Positions 30,333-41,354 are shown, counted from the first letter of the stretch. The stretch is 64,000 bases of DNA from Candidatus Poribacteria bacterium (GCA_965208325.1 OZ242326.1:160001-224000), one strand, 5' to 3'. Numbers and translations are program-made. The notes: generated from the sequence alone by a model not told the origin.

Positions 30333-31364
30333 CTAATGCATATGAAATTCCAAAACGTCTCCATCGTGGACAATGTCATCACGGCTAACGGTCTGTCCGT
30401 CATGCCAGTTGACTCCCCAGATTCGCGCGTACTTAAAGTTCTCCGCAAAATCTTTGTGCAGCGACATGGCAGCATCAATTACGGTGCCATAAATTGGAAG
30501 CACAATTGGATCTTCGGGGTCAACTGGTTTTCCCGGCGATTTGGTGTAAACGCGTAAAATCTCCATTTGCTCATACATCGCTTTCTGCAACACATCAATT
30601 CCATCGCCCGTTATCGCAGAAAGGGGAAAGATTGGAAAATCGTCGGTGTAAAACTCGCGCAGAATCTCCAAGCGATCGGTTGCATCTACATTGTCCATCT
30701 GGTTCGCAGCGATTAATGCACGTTTAGTAAATTTGGCGGAGAAGGAGCCCATACTGTTGACATCATTACTCGATATCTCGTCGTTGTCCAGCGGGTTAGG
30801 GTAAATTTGACCGGCAATTTGAATATTTGCTTGCATCAATACAGACTTTACACTTTCAACCTGGTCGAGTACATCATCGCTTGCAAGGCTTAGCACTAGC
30901 AACAACAGATCGGCATTTCTTACGATGTCGAACACCCAAGGTTGCACGAAATCCTCCGTGATTGGCGGCATGTCAATCAGTTGAAACTGAATATTTTCAT
31001 ACTTTAGCATTCCGACGGCTGGTTCAAACGTCGTATGGGGAGATGGTGAGACAACCGGATTAGCGTTTGTGAACCTAGCGACGATTTGTGACTTTCCAAC
31101 GTTTGGTGCGCCGATCAGGGCAATTTGGCCTGCTCCGTGTTTTGGAACATGATAGCTGTGTCCTTTCTTTGCCTGTTTTTTTCCTTCCCCCTTTTTAACC
31201 TTTGTAATTCGCCGACGGAGATCTACACGAACCTTCTCTGTACCCTTGTGTTTCGGAGTAATGCGCAGCATCTCCTCTAACAGTGGGAGCCGTTCATCAT
31301 CAGTCCTTGCTGCCTCAAGTTGGTGCTTGAGTTTATAGTATTCGGGAGGGAGGTTTGCTGGCAT
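30333..31364 (-). CDS. DRG/Rbg-like GTPase with TGS domain
   Basis: MPANLPPEY, PKHKGTEK, GAPNVGKS, RVYTKSPG and KYARIWG motifs. Confidence 0.8.
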   Translation of the reverse strand: MPANLPPEYYKLKHQLEAARTDDERLPLLEEMLRITPKHKGTEKVRVDLRRRITKVKKGEGKKQAKKGHSYHVPKHGAGQIALIGAPNVGKSQIVARFTNANPVVSPSPHTTFEPAVGMLKYENIQFQLIDMPPITEDFVQPWVFDIVRNADLLLLVLSLASDDVLDQVESVKSVLMQANIQIAGQIYPNPLDNDEISSNDVNSMGSFSAKFTKRALIAANQMDNVDATDRLEILREFYTDDFPIFPLSAITGDGIDVLQKAMYEQMEILRVYTKSPGKPVDPEDPIVLPIYGTVIDAAMSLHKDFAENFKYARIWGVNWHDGQTVSRDDIVHDGDVLEFHMH

Positions 31365-31502
31365 TTTACCGGTAAATTTTAGTTCGATGAGAGTTTAGAA
31401 TAAAAATTATCAACATCACCGCTGACGTATCCTACGGTCGCTAAACGACCGTCAATTTGCGATTAGGGTCAAGAAATCAAGAGAATCATCTGTCACTAGT
31501 GA

Positions 31503-32366
31503 TTATGACTTTTGACCCGGTGCGTAGCGCGGCGGAATTGGCTGAATAATCTCACGCTGCTCATCATTCAAGCTTGCCATGAGAGCCTCGCTGGGCACGT
31601 AATTGAAGCGGCACCGCAATAATCTTGAGGAATAGCGGTACAGCGCGATTCGCCGATACCCCGGATTGGTTCTGGCGGCAGATCCGTGCGTGAGCGCATC
31701 GGCAAACATCAGCACATCCCCGGATTCAAGATAGATTTCCTTCATACCTACCTGCGCGCCGGCAGTAACGTCACTTCGGTAACCTTCCTGCAGTAGCATG
31801 GGATGTTTCATAGCCGATTTGTGGCTTCCTGGGATAATGGTTGTCGCCCCATCGCCGGGGCCAACGTCCTGCAGCGCAATGATAACATCAATCTGGCCGA
31901 CCATCCATTCGCCCGTGTTTTCTTGCCGGAATGTCAGATAACAGAGTGGGATCGCGCCGCCGCCGTGAATACCGATATACCCGCCCTGCCCCCTTATATT
32001 CAGCAGATTTTCATGGAGGGAGAGGCCGTTTGTCGGGTTGATAAAGCGGCGGCAGTGATCGATCCAGACTGGATAATTAATCATTCTCCGAAATACTGAA
32101 CCTCCCTCAATGATATTCTGGAAGTTGCATCCATCTGCGCCGCTGTAAGTGTGAGTTTCCACATGACCGATCCAGTTGCCGGAATCTTCGTCGGTTCTGC
32201 GGCATTTGCCATCAACAAAATTCCAATGGTCGTCAACCCACAGGTTCATCTCCTCAAGGTCTTGTTTCTGTACCGCCTTTTTCACGACGATGTATCCGTT
32301 CAAATCAAAAAGATAATCAATTAGATATTCATCCGTTTGGTCGGCGTCAACCCAATCACGTGACAT
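31503..32366 (-). CDS. PhyH-family Fe(II)/2OG oxygenase (HxG variant)
   Basis: YLFDLNGY, IHGGG, IPGSHKS and GDVLMF..ALTHG motifs. Confidence 0.85.
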   Translation of the reverse strand: MSRDWVDADQTDEYLIDYLFDLNGYIVVKKAVQKQDLEEMNLWVDDHWNFVDGKCRRTDEDSGNWIGHVETHTYSGADGCNFQNIIEGGSVFRRMINYPVWIDHCRRFINPTNGLSLHENLLNIRGQGGYIGIHGGGAIPLCYLTFRQENTGEWMVGQIDVIIALQDVGPGDGATTIIPGSHKSAMKHPMLLQEGYRSDVTAGAQVGMKEIYLESGDVLMFADALTHGSAARTNPGYRRIALYRYSSRLLRCRFNYVPSEALMASLNDEQREIIQPIPPRYAPGQKS

Positions 32367-32808
32367 AACGGGTCTCCTTCTGTTCCCGATTTCTTGAGCG
32401 GTGCTGTATCAAAACTGCGGTCTTCATATACCGGTCAACCATCTACAGCGCAAATCCCTTCGACCCAACCGGTTAAATCCCCAGCCTTCTGTTTGACGTT
32501 GCATCTAACGTAACCGGTTTAGTGTTTTGCCCGCACGCTCGGGCTTTGGGACAGACTTGCAATTGTTATGTATTTATTGTATTATCCTAGCAAAATTCCA
32601 ATATTGAGTCAACTGAAATTCAATCCCGATTACGTTGATTTAAGATATGTCCCTAGCGAAACTATGTTTGACGATATCGCGCGATTCAGAACGCCATCGG
32701 ATTCCAGCCTAGCGTTTTCTGCACCCTCTAAACTCATAAAACCGTATCATACGTCGAAAAATGGTGAGTAACTTTGACATCTAACCGCATCACGCACCGT
32801 CTCTAATC

Positions 32809-35800
32809 TTGACGATGGTGTCTAGTCAATCGTTTGACGACGCCAACGTAAGAGCAGCACAAATGAGCATGCCAACTACCTCTCGATTTCACCCTCTAGT
32901 TGCAAAATGGTTTACCCGCAAAATTGGTGAACCCACCGACGTACAAGCACAGGCTTGGCCGAAGATAGCTGAAGGCAATCACGTTTTGATTACTGCGCCG
33001 ACAGGGAGTGGAAAGACCTTGACGGCGTTTTTATGGTCAATTAATCAATTGGTGACGGGAACATTGCCCACTGGACACACAAGCGTCCTCTATATTTCGC
33101 CGCTCAAGGCACTCAACAATGACATTCGGCGTAACCTGCTTGAACCGCTTCGTGGTTTGAGACAGGTCTTTGAAGCGTCGGGACAACCATTCCCCAACAT
33201 CCGCGTATTGACCCGCAGCGGGGACACGCCTCAGTCGGATCGGCGCCGTATGCAGCGCCACCCGCCCGAGATTCTTATAACTACCCCTGAAAGTCTGAAT
33301 CTGTTGCTCAGTTCGAATAGCGGCCGGTCCATTCTAACGAAGATTGCCACCGTAATTCTTGACGAGATTCACGCTGTCGTCGGTACGAAGCGGGGGACAC
33401 ATCTGATTACGGCTGTAGACCGGCTAGTGCGTCTTTCCGGTGAATTTCAACGAATCGCGCTGTCTGCTACTATCCGGCCCATGGATACCGTCGCCGAGTT
33501 TGTAGGCGGATATACAACTGATGGAAACGTGCATGACCCGCAGTATTCAGCGAGGATTGTTTCGACGGTGTGCTCAATTGCCAACAAACAATACGATGTA
33601 CAGGTACGGTTTCCACAAGAAGCAGCGGAAGACCCGAATCGCGAGTCGTTTTGGGACCCGCTCATTGATGCTTTTAAAGAAATTATCGTCCGGAACCGCT
33701 CAACCCTACTTTTCGCCAACAGCAGGAGGCTATGCGAGCGGTTGACGTTGAAGATTAACACCGACGAAGAGCAACCTATCGCTTACGCACACCACGGCTC
33801 GCTGTCTCGCGAAATCCGGGAAACGGTTGAGGCAAAACTCAAAGCGGGTGAATTGAAAGCCATTATCGCAACAAGTTCGCTGGAGATGGGCATAGACATC
33901 GGTGCGCTGGATGAAGTGGTGCTTATCCAATCCCCATTCTCAATATCCTCGGCGATTCAGCGAATCGGCCGCGCAGGCCATCAGGTTGGGGAGGTGAGTC
34001 GCGCCACGGTGTTCCCGACTCATTCGCGCGACTTTCTTGATGCCGCTGTCCTATCCGAAGCCATTAACAGTCACGCAATTGAAGCCGTTAAACCTGTCAA
34101 ATGTCCCCTTGATGTGTTATCACAGATTGTCATTTCAATGGCGGCAATGGAGACTTGGGACATTGATGAGCTGTATATGCAACTGAGAACGAGTTACCCA
34201 TACCGATTCCTCGGCCGCGAACAGTTTGACCAAGTGCTGAATATGTTGGCAGGGCGGTACGCCGATAGCCGCATCCGCGAACTCAAACCGCGTGTGTCAA
34301 TTGACCGGCTTGATAATACAGTTTCGTCCAGAAAGGGAGCCATACAAGCGGTTTACGCATACGGCGGGACGATTCCTGACCGCGGGTATTTTCATATGCG
34401 CCACCATGAGACTAACGCCCGGATCGGCGAACTTGACGAAGAGTTTGTCTGGGAAAACGGAGAGGGAAGCGTATTCACACTAGGTACACAATCGTGGAGA
34501 GTTGAGCGCGTAAGCCACAGCGACGTATTTGTCCTGCCAAATAAGTCTCACCAGAAGGAAACGCCATTTTGGCGGGCAGAAGACCATGGGCGCGACTTCC
34601 ACTATTCGGAACGCGTCGGTCTTTTCCTCGAAACCGCTAATGATCGGCTGGAAGACCCTGGCTTTGCTGAAAACCTGCAACGCGAAAATTGCATGGACGA
34701 AACAGCGGCAATACAACTGATTGACTTTCTCAAAAGGCAAAAGGGTGCAACGGGATGCGGCCTGCCGCATCGGCATCATGTCTTGGTCGAAAACGTCCCA
34801 ACCGGTTACGATGGAGGCCCGGGAAATCAAGTCGTGATTCACACCTTCTGGGGTGCTAAAGTTAATCGGCCGTTTGGTCTGGCGCTTTCGTCCGCATGGG
34901 CAACCAGATTCGGTTATCAACTAGAAATTCATGCCACTGACGATTGTATTGTCTTAATGCTGCCGGAAGATTTGCCCGCGGAAGAACTGATGTCGATGGT
35001 AACAAGTGCCGCTCTTCAACCACTCCTTCGAAAACAGCTCGAAGGATCAGGTTATTTTAGCGCTAGGTTTCGGGAGTGCGCCGGGAGGTCATTGCTGTTA
35101 ACGTCCGGCAAGATGAACCAACGGATGCCCCTGTGGTTAAGCCGCTTACGCTCTCAAAAATTAATGACAGCCGTGATGAAATACGAGGATTTCCCCATAC
35201 TGCTTGAGACGTGGCGCACCTGCTTACAAGACGAGTTTGATTTGGAAAGCCTACAGCAGGTGCTCACAGAGCTTGAATCAGGTTCTATTTCTTGGACAGC
35301 AGTCAATACCCGCTACGCCAGCCCGATGGCGCAAAATGCTTCTTGGCGCCAGATAAACGAGTATATGTATATGGTCGATTATGCAAAATCGAAACACACT
35401 TCAATGCTTCGGAATGATCTCCTTCGCGATGTCGTGTTTATGCCGGGATTACGTCCCACGGTCACGCAAGCGCTAGTTCAAGAGTTTGAACACAAACGCC
35501 AGCGGTTGAGTCCGGGTTACTCGCCGCAGTCTGCACGTGACCTGGTTGATTGGGTAAAGGAACGGCTCATCATTCCTGAGCCGGAGTGGGAATCGCTCCT
35601 AAACGCCATTCATCACGACCACCAGCTCGAATTAGGCGAACTTTTCCGCGCCTTAAACGATAAACTTGTTCGCGTAACACTCCCTCGAACCTCCAAAGGG
35701 TCAATCGTTGCCATCGAAACGATGCCCCGTATCTGCAGTTTGTACAGCGATAAAGAGGTTATTGATGTTGAGCCATTCATCCAATCAACAGTTAGTACCC

Positions 35801-37422
35801 AAGAACAGATGTGCTCAAATGTCAACGGCGGTGCACAGGCCGGCGAGTTAGACATGCAAGCCCTTACATCGGTGCTGGAGGAGTGGTTGCAGTTCTATGG
35901 CCCTAAAACTGCCGAATTCATTCAAGATACGCTTGGTATCGAAAGCGGACAATTGCAGTTGTTGGTCGAAGACCTCGTCGATTCGCAAAGCATTGTCATC
36001 GGGAAACTCGTAGCAGATGACAACCATCAATCCGTCTGCGACAGTGAAAACTTCGAAATTCTTCTGCGCCTGACGCGGCGAGACGCGATTCCGGCATTTG
36101 AACCGCTTGAATTTGAATGGTTACCAGTCTTTCTTGCCGAAAACCAACGGCTCGCAACGCCCGAAAACGACGTAAACGACGTAGGCGGACTGTTCGATTG
36201 CATCGAACAATTGGCTTGTTTTTCGGCACAAGCGGGACTCTGGGAGTCGGAAATCCTCCCTGCGAGGCTCTACCCATATTCCACATCGTGGCTCGACACT
36301 ATCATGATGGAAGGCGGCCTCCGGTGGGTCGGCATGGAAAACCGGCGTGTGGCTTTCTGCTTTGATTCGGATCGAGACCTCATGCAAGAAAAAAGCAGCA
36401 ACGGCGGCAATGAGTTACCGGACGCTAAAAGTGAGAACAGGGAAGAAACGGACGCGCCGATGCCGCGTATGAATAAGCGCCCCGCAGAAGAAATTTACAA
36501 TCTGTTTCCTGACGAAACCGGGCGTTACGATTTTGCATCCATGTTACGAACGTCCTCGCTCAGCGCGAGCCAATTGACGGAGCAGATATGGAATTTCGTC
36601 TGGGCGGGCATGGTAACGAACGACACATTCATGTCACTGCGAAGAGGCGTGCAGAGTAAGTTCAAACATCCGGAAGTTGGGGTGTCCAGAGAACACAATA
36701 GGCATCGTCGTTTAAGCCGCCGCACCGAATTTGGCAGATGGAAAAATTCAAGTTCTTACATCGGTAATTGGTACCGGCTGCCGTCACTAAATCTTTCCGA
36801 CGACCCCATTGAGGCGGAAGAGCTAAAGAAAGATCGCGCGAGGTTGTTGCTAAACCGGTACGGAATAGTCTTTCGGGAGTTGCTCCAGAGAGAACTAGCT
36901 ACGTTCCGTTGGTCGGATATCTTTCGATCTTTGCGTATCATGGAGCTGTCCGGCGAGGTTTTGGCCGGTTGTTTCTTCCATGGAATCCCTGGTCCGCAGT
37001 TTATCTCACATCAGGCGTTCCGGCGGTTAAGCCGGCATCTCCCGATAGATAAAATTTTCTGGATAAATGCAGCTGATCCGGCGTCCTTGTGCGGCCTTCA
37101 ACTCGATGCCGTCAAAGGGAAAATGCCGAAGCGAGTTCCTAGCACTCATTTGGTCTTTCGTGGACGCAAAATTGTAATGATTTCAGAGCGCAATGGCAAA
37201 GCGCTTAAGTTTAATGTGCCGCACGACGACCGGCAGATACAGTTGTATCTCGGAGTCCTGCACCATCTGATCAGGCGCGAATTTCAACCAATTCCCCGAA
37301 TCACAATCGAGACTATCAACGGCGAGGACGCGGCGCGGAGTCCATACGCCGATATGTTGCGGACCGCTTTTGAGGTGACAATCGATTACAAGCATCTAAT
37401 TCTCTATCGCAAATCGGTTTGA
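32809..37422 (+). CDS. lhr: Lhr-family helicase, full length with C-terminal winged-helix region
   Basis: APTGSGKT, SPLKALNND, DEIH, LSAT, HHGSLS, QRIGRAGH, GELDEEFV and LLNRYGIV motifs; start uncertain. Confidence 0.9.
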   Translation: MTMVSSQSFDDANVRAAQMSMPTTSRFHPLVAKWFTRKIGEPTDVQAQAWPKIAEGNHVLITAPTGSGKTLTAFLWSINQLVTGTLPTGHTSVLYISPLKALNNDIRRNLLEPLRGLRQVFEASGQPFPNIRVLTRSGDTPQSDRRRMQRHPPEILITTPESLNLLLSSNSGRSILTKIATVILDEIHAVVGTKRGTHLITAVDRLVRLSGEFQRIALSATIRPMDTVAEFVGGYTTDGNVHDPQYSARIVSTVCSIANKQYDVQVRFPQEAAEDPNRESFWDPLIDAFKEIIVRNRSTLLFANSRRLCERLTLKINTDEEQPIAYAHHGSLSREIRETVEAKLKAGELKAIIATSSLEMGIDIGALDEVVLIQSPFSISSAIQRIGRAGHQVGEVSRATVFPTHSRDFLDAAVLSEAINSHAIEAVKPVKCPLDVLSQIVISMAAMETWDIDELYMQLRTSYPYRFLGREQFDQVLNMLAGRYADSRIRELKPRVSIDRLDNTVSSRKGAIQAVYAYGGTIPDRGYFHMRHHETNARIGELDEEFVWENGEGSVFTLGTQSWRVERVSHSDVFVLPNKSHQKETPFWRAEDHGRDFHYSERVGLFLETANDRLEDPGFAENLQRENCMDETAAIQLIDFLKRQKGATGCGLPHRHHVLVENVPTGYDGGPGNQVVIHTFWGAKVNRPFGLALSSAWATRFGYQLEIHATDDCIVLMLPEDLPAEELMSMVTSAALQPLLRKQLEGSGYFSARFRECAGRSLLLTSGKMNQRMPLWLSRLRSQKLMTAVMKYEDFPILLETWRTCLQDEFDLESLQQVLTELESGSISWTAVNTRYASPMAQNASWRQINEYMYMVDYAKSKHTSMLRNDLLRDVVFMPGLRPTVTQALVQEFEHKRQRLSPGYSPQSARDLVDWVKERLIIPEPEWESLLNAIHHDHQLELGELFRALNDKLVRVTLPRTSKGSIVAIETMPRICSLYSDKEVIDVEPFIQSTVSTQEQMCSNVNGGAQAGELDMQALTSVLEEWLQFYGPKTAEFIQDTLGIESGQLQLLVEDLVDSQSIVIGKLVADDNHQSVCDSENFEILLRLTRRDAIPAFEPLEFEWLPVFLAENQRLATPENDVNDVGGLFDCIEQLACFSAQAGLWESEILPARLYPYSTSWLDTIMMEGGLRWVGMENRRVAFCFDSDRDLMQEKSSNGGNELPDAKSENREETDAPMPRMNKRPAEEIYNLFPDETGRYDFASMLRTSSLSASQLTEQIWNFVWAGMVTNDTFMSLRRGVQSKFKHPEVGVSREHNRHRRLSRRTEFGRWKNSSSYIGNWYRLPSLNLSDDPIEAEELKKDRARLLLNRYGIVFRELLQRELATFRWSDIFRSLRIMELSGEVLAGCFFHGIPGPQFISHQAFRRLSRHLPIDKIFWINAADPASLCGLQLDAVKGKMPKRVPSTHLVFRGRKIVMISERNGKALKFNVPHDDRQIQLYLGVLHHLIRREFQPIPRITIETINGEDAARSPYADMLRTAFEVTIDYKHLILYRKSV

Positions 37423-37593
37423 ATACAAATTAACAATTGCGCCGCTATGAGAGTATGAAAAAGGCATTCTCAATGTCATTTCAGATTCGACTGCGCTGTC
37501 AGCACTACCATTGAGTACAAAACCTACCGTATTCCACAGCAAATCGTGGGTTGCGAGAAACCCGTTGTGTCCTCGGAAAGCCTTCCTATGTAC

Positions 37594-38490
37594 ATGAAAA
37601 AATTAATGATTGTGATTGCGATTGTGTTGATCGTTATGGTAAACGGTGTTGTGTCTGCTCAGGATGCTGGCGGGAAATTGGTCTTTGCCATCCGCAATCC
37701 ATTCTTGCATCGAGATGGGTTCCGGGCAGACACGGGCACGCTGGAGAAAGGCAGAAGTACGACGAAATGGCGGGAGTTCTACGAGTATAATATCTGCACC
37801 ATGCATCCAGCCGGAACCGATTTTCGCTAACTCACAGACGACGGGGTTTCGCGCCGGCCGCGATGGTCTCCGGACAGACAGCGAATCGCTTACATCTCTG
37901 GAGTTGATGGCGGTGAATCGCTGCATGTGATGGCGGGCGACGGCACTGAGAATAAACGGCTCGCCAAGGAACAACATCGCATTCACGATATCTGGTGGTC
38001 ACCGTCAAGTGATGCCATTCTAGTTGCGCTGGAAATTGAGCAAGCAAGGAACCAATTGGAAAACTGGATCGTGGCGATCGGTGGAAAATCAACAAAGCGC
38101 TGGCGAACCAGCCGATGGGCAAAGGGATGGCGGCACTGGGATGTAAACGGCGCGAAAGTCAATGAACCGAGAAACAGATTGATGGAAGCGCTGCCGGAAG
38201 GGACGAAATGGCCGGTGTGGTCGCCGGATGGAAAGCAGATTCTTTTTTACACAGCGGGAAAAATCTGCGTTGCCGCGGTAGAGAACGGCAGTTTCACAAA
38301 ATATCGGAATCTTAGCCCTTACAGCGGGTGGGACGCTGCATGGAGTCCGGATGGTAGTCGTATTGCATTCGTTGGGCGCGATTCAGCCGGGCGCGACACT
38401 AGCGAAATCTTCCTATTAGATGTTGAGACGGGAAATATGCGTCAGATTACTCCAAGCACCCACGGTTATTTGGATTTGCATTGGCGGTAA
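37594..38490 (+). pseudogene. TolB-like WD40 (PD40) protein with internal nonsense codon
   Basis: In-frame TAA at 37828-37830 inside GTDFR*LTDDG..PRWSPD; further WSPDG repeats downstream. Confidence 0.7.
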
Positions 38491-38590
38491 AAGTACGAAA
38501 AATTACCGATGCTTTTCCGATTCCCTTCCGAATTTCATGCAAGCTTCATTGACTTGCAGCCACAGGCGCGGTACATAGACTTAAAATCAG

Positions 38591-40450
38591 CTAATTGTCA
38601 TCGTCGCGCTCACTGAGTAACTCACCTCGCGCGAGGCGTTCGGCATTCTCCGTTGACCAAAGGATGTTCTTCATCAACTTCTGTGCAGTAATGTACCGGG
38701 TTGCCGCCAAAATGTGTATTCGCTTCTCCTCCGGATCGCCTGACAGGTCGAAGTGTCTCAAGGCGGCTTCAAGCACCTGGAACATGTGGAGCTCTGCATC
38801 TTCACGAAGCAAGATGTGGCAGAGCGCCTGCCTAAGATTTTTGATGTCGTGTCCGTCCTCAAGGTATTGATTTACTAAAATCTCCGCTTCATAAACCTTC
38901 TGGAAATCCGCCATTTCTTGAAGGCGGTCCAACATCTGTTTGGAGGAATCATAGGTTTCGTCAAGTCGCTGTCCGGGTTTTGGTACGCGTGCGGCGGGCA
39001 TATTGAGCCAACGGAGATAGGTTAGGAACACTACACCGTGAAAGATTCCACGTAATAGCTCCGCGCTCGGTGCGTAATGGAACGCGCAATAAAGGGCATG
39101 GGCGTACGAGTAGATGTTTGCCACATCGTGCCAATCTCCTTCATTTTTTAGGTGAAACTGCACAATGCGAATTGCAGCCGCATAAGTCATCGCACGGCAG
39201 ACGTCGTCCGGTCTGACGCCTGCACGGAGTTTCTCTTCCACCGCCGCAACAATCGGTCTGAAATCCTCACCGAGTAGGACCTGCGAAAATGCGGATACAT
39301 CAAGCGATGCCTCGTTTGCGGCATTTTCTTCCCAAATATCGTGAATTCGAGAAAAGACCGAATCCAGCACGGAAATAGAATCAGCCCAGCGCGACGTTTC
39401 CTCATGCCGAGTTCGGGTAACCAAATCGACGATTATCGGACGTAAGATTTCATGTGCCCCTTCCCACTCGACGTAATCCAATGCCTCAAACATCTTATTG
39501 GCGAAATCGAGTGCGTGGCCGTCGCCGGTGAAGTAGAAGTCGGTCGCCGCAGTAAAGACGAAATCAGCGATGACTGACTTTGCGTATCCGCGGTCGTTGA
39601 GCGTCAATAAAATACGTTCCGCCGCGCCGCGGTGCCGTTTTTCCACAAAATAGCGGAACCACCGTTTGAGTGTTGTAAGGTCATGCTCTTCGGCTGTGCG
39701 CGGAAAAGGTGCGCGGTATGGGCGTGAACTCCCTGTTGTTCTACGGCTAACCTGAGCCAGGCCATGCACCAGAAACAAATTGTGGTCTTTGGGGTCAACT
39801 TCGTTCCACAGGTTGCCCGCAAGTGCGAGGATTGTAACACCGGACGACCAACCTTCGCTGCTTTTGTGCGCCCCGTAGTAAAGTCCTTGTTGAATTATTT
39901 CCTGCGGTGATGCTCCTGCGCCTTGTATAGCGGTAACCGCTTTCGCAATGAAAAAGGAACTCTGGTCTTTGAGCCCTCGCTCCAGCGCACGCTTGCCACG
40001 TTCAATAGCGCGGCGTTGGGCTGCTTCCTTCTCCCCGTGGGCAACGCCAACGTAGAGATAACCGTCATCACGCGACTCGACCGGGAATGCCTTTAAATCA
40101 TCCCCGAACGCTTGAAAACAGCCGCCCGATTTGAGGTCGAATTCCCAGTGATGCCAATGGCAGATCAACACACCATCGCGGAGGCTGCCCTTGGACATCG
40201 GATAACCCATGTGCGGACAGCGATTATCAACCGCGTAAAATTTACCCTCAAATTTGAAGATGGCGAGGTGAGTGCCGTTGACATGAAACGGTTTGCCTTC
40301 AAGCTCTGCAAAGTCATCAGCACGGCACAGTTGGTGGTAGACGAGATCGGCTCCCGCCGCATATTCAACAGGCGGGCTCTCGACGTGGACTGAACCAGCT
40401 GCCTGCTCTTGCGGAATAGATGTTGTAACGCTCACGTTGAGTACCTCCAT
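38591..40450 (-). CDS. Rieske [2Fe-2S] protein with long helical C-terminal region
   Basis: CPH...CHWH Rieske motif. Confidence 0.8.
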   Translation of the reverse strand: MEVLNVSVTTSIPQEQAAGSVHVESPPVEYAAGADLVYHQLCRADDFAELEGKPFHVNGTHLAIFKFEGKFYAVDNRCPHMGYPMSKGSLRDGVLICHWHHWEFDLKSGGCFQAFGDDLKAFPVESRDDGYLYVGVAHGEKEAAQRRAIERGKRALERGLKDQSSFFIAKAVTAIQGAGASPQEIIQQGLYYGAHKSSEGWSSGVTILALAGNLWNEVDPKDHNLFLVHGLAQVSRRTTGSSRPYRAPFPRTAEEHDLTTLKRWFRYFVEKRHRGAAERILLTLNDRGYAKSVIADFVFTAATDFYFTGDGHALDFANKMFEALDYVEWEGAHEILRPIIVDLVTRTRHEETSRWADSISVLDSVFSRIHDIWEENAANEASLDVSAFSQVLLGEDFRPIVAAVEEKLRAGVRPDDVCRAMTYAAAIRIVQFHLKNEGDWHDVANIYSYAHALYCAFHYAPSAELLRGIFHGVVFLTYLRWLNMPAARVPKPGQRLDETYDSSKQMLDRLQEMADFQKVYEAEILVNQYLEDGHDIKNLRQALCHILLREDAELHMFQVLEAALRHFDLSGDPEEKRIHILAATRYITAQKLMKNILWSTENAERLARGELLSERDDDN

Positions 40451-40953
40451 GCTTTGTAACGTGATTCAAAATTGAACGTCTTGTATCATCGGTTGCAATG
40501 TCCCACATTTGCCTTGATTGCGAACTGTTTCGATACATCGCCGGCCCCCGTTTCACTACAAATGGGTACCAACCGATTTACCCATCCCGATATCGTCCCT
40601 CTAGCGCCAAATCCGCGGCAATTTATCCCAACATCTTGGAGATCGGGGCTTGTGGCACATGGTCGTTTTGTCTAAAGATGAGCAAGTGTCGTTATTGGAT
40701 TTCAACTTAGCTCCAGGGCAAACATCAACGATAATTGTAAATTAACCCCAGCCAAATGTCCAGCTTTTTGCGGACAGCGATTGGAATAAAATGCAGGCGC
40801 CTAATTGGTCGATTTTTGGGATGACAAACGAAGGACGTTCTGATAAAATCTGCCAATGCAACGCATACAAGTATTCGCAAGAAAAACGGGCAAAATATGC
40901 GCTGGACGCCAACGATTGACTCCACAATCTTAGGGCTTGTTGAGAGGTCGTAG

Positions 40954-41202
40954 ATGAATCAGAAGATTTTTCGACTCGTCGATCTTGAACATGACCAAGA
41001 GATTGGAATAATCACTGAAAATCAGGTTCAATTTTTGATTGAGAATCTTGAGGAGGGAGGTATTGAAGATCAAGACTATTACATTAATGAAGAAACATAC
41101 GACTTTCTTGCCGAGAACGGATGCGAAGTAGAATTGCTCGAAATGCTCGCCGAAGCCCTCGAGCGCCGAGATGAAATCGACATTCGATACGAAATGATTT
41201 AA
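40954..41202 (+). CDS. Small, highly acidic conserved hypothetical protein
   Basis: LEE...DQDYYIN motif; GAGG RBS. Confidence 0.7.
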   Translation: MNQKIFRLVDLEHDQEIGIITENQVQFLIENLEEGGIEDQDYYINEETYDFLAENGCEVELLEMLAEALERRDEIDIRYEMI

Positions 41203-41204
41203 TT

Positions 41205-41354
41205 AGCACTTATACACTTCAGATTGAAGTTGCCAGACTCATAAGGTGTCGAAGGGCATTGTCAACGCTTTACCCGACGTAGGCGGACATCTTGCCCCGC
41301 ATTCTTGATGAAGCATCGAATTACGGCGCTTCATCCTTCCACTGTGTAAGTCCT
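41205..41354. mobile_element. Degenerate 150-bp MITE-like element of the AGGACTTAC family
   Basis: agcacttataca ... tgtgtaagtcct termini. Confidence 0.4.

Noticed and set aside
3761..37830. Stop-codon reassignment suggested by in-frame TAG and TAA
   Set aside because: Two different codons, and TAA, TAG and TGA all end conserved genes normally here
40451..40953. Short ORFs and weak inverted repeats upstream of the Rieske gene
   Set aside because: No convincing coding signal or extended pairing
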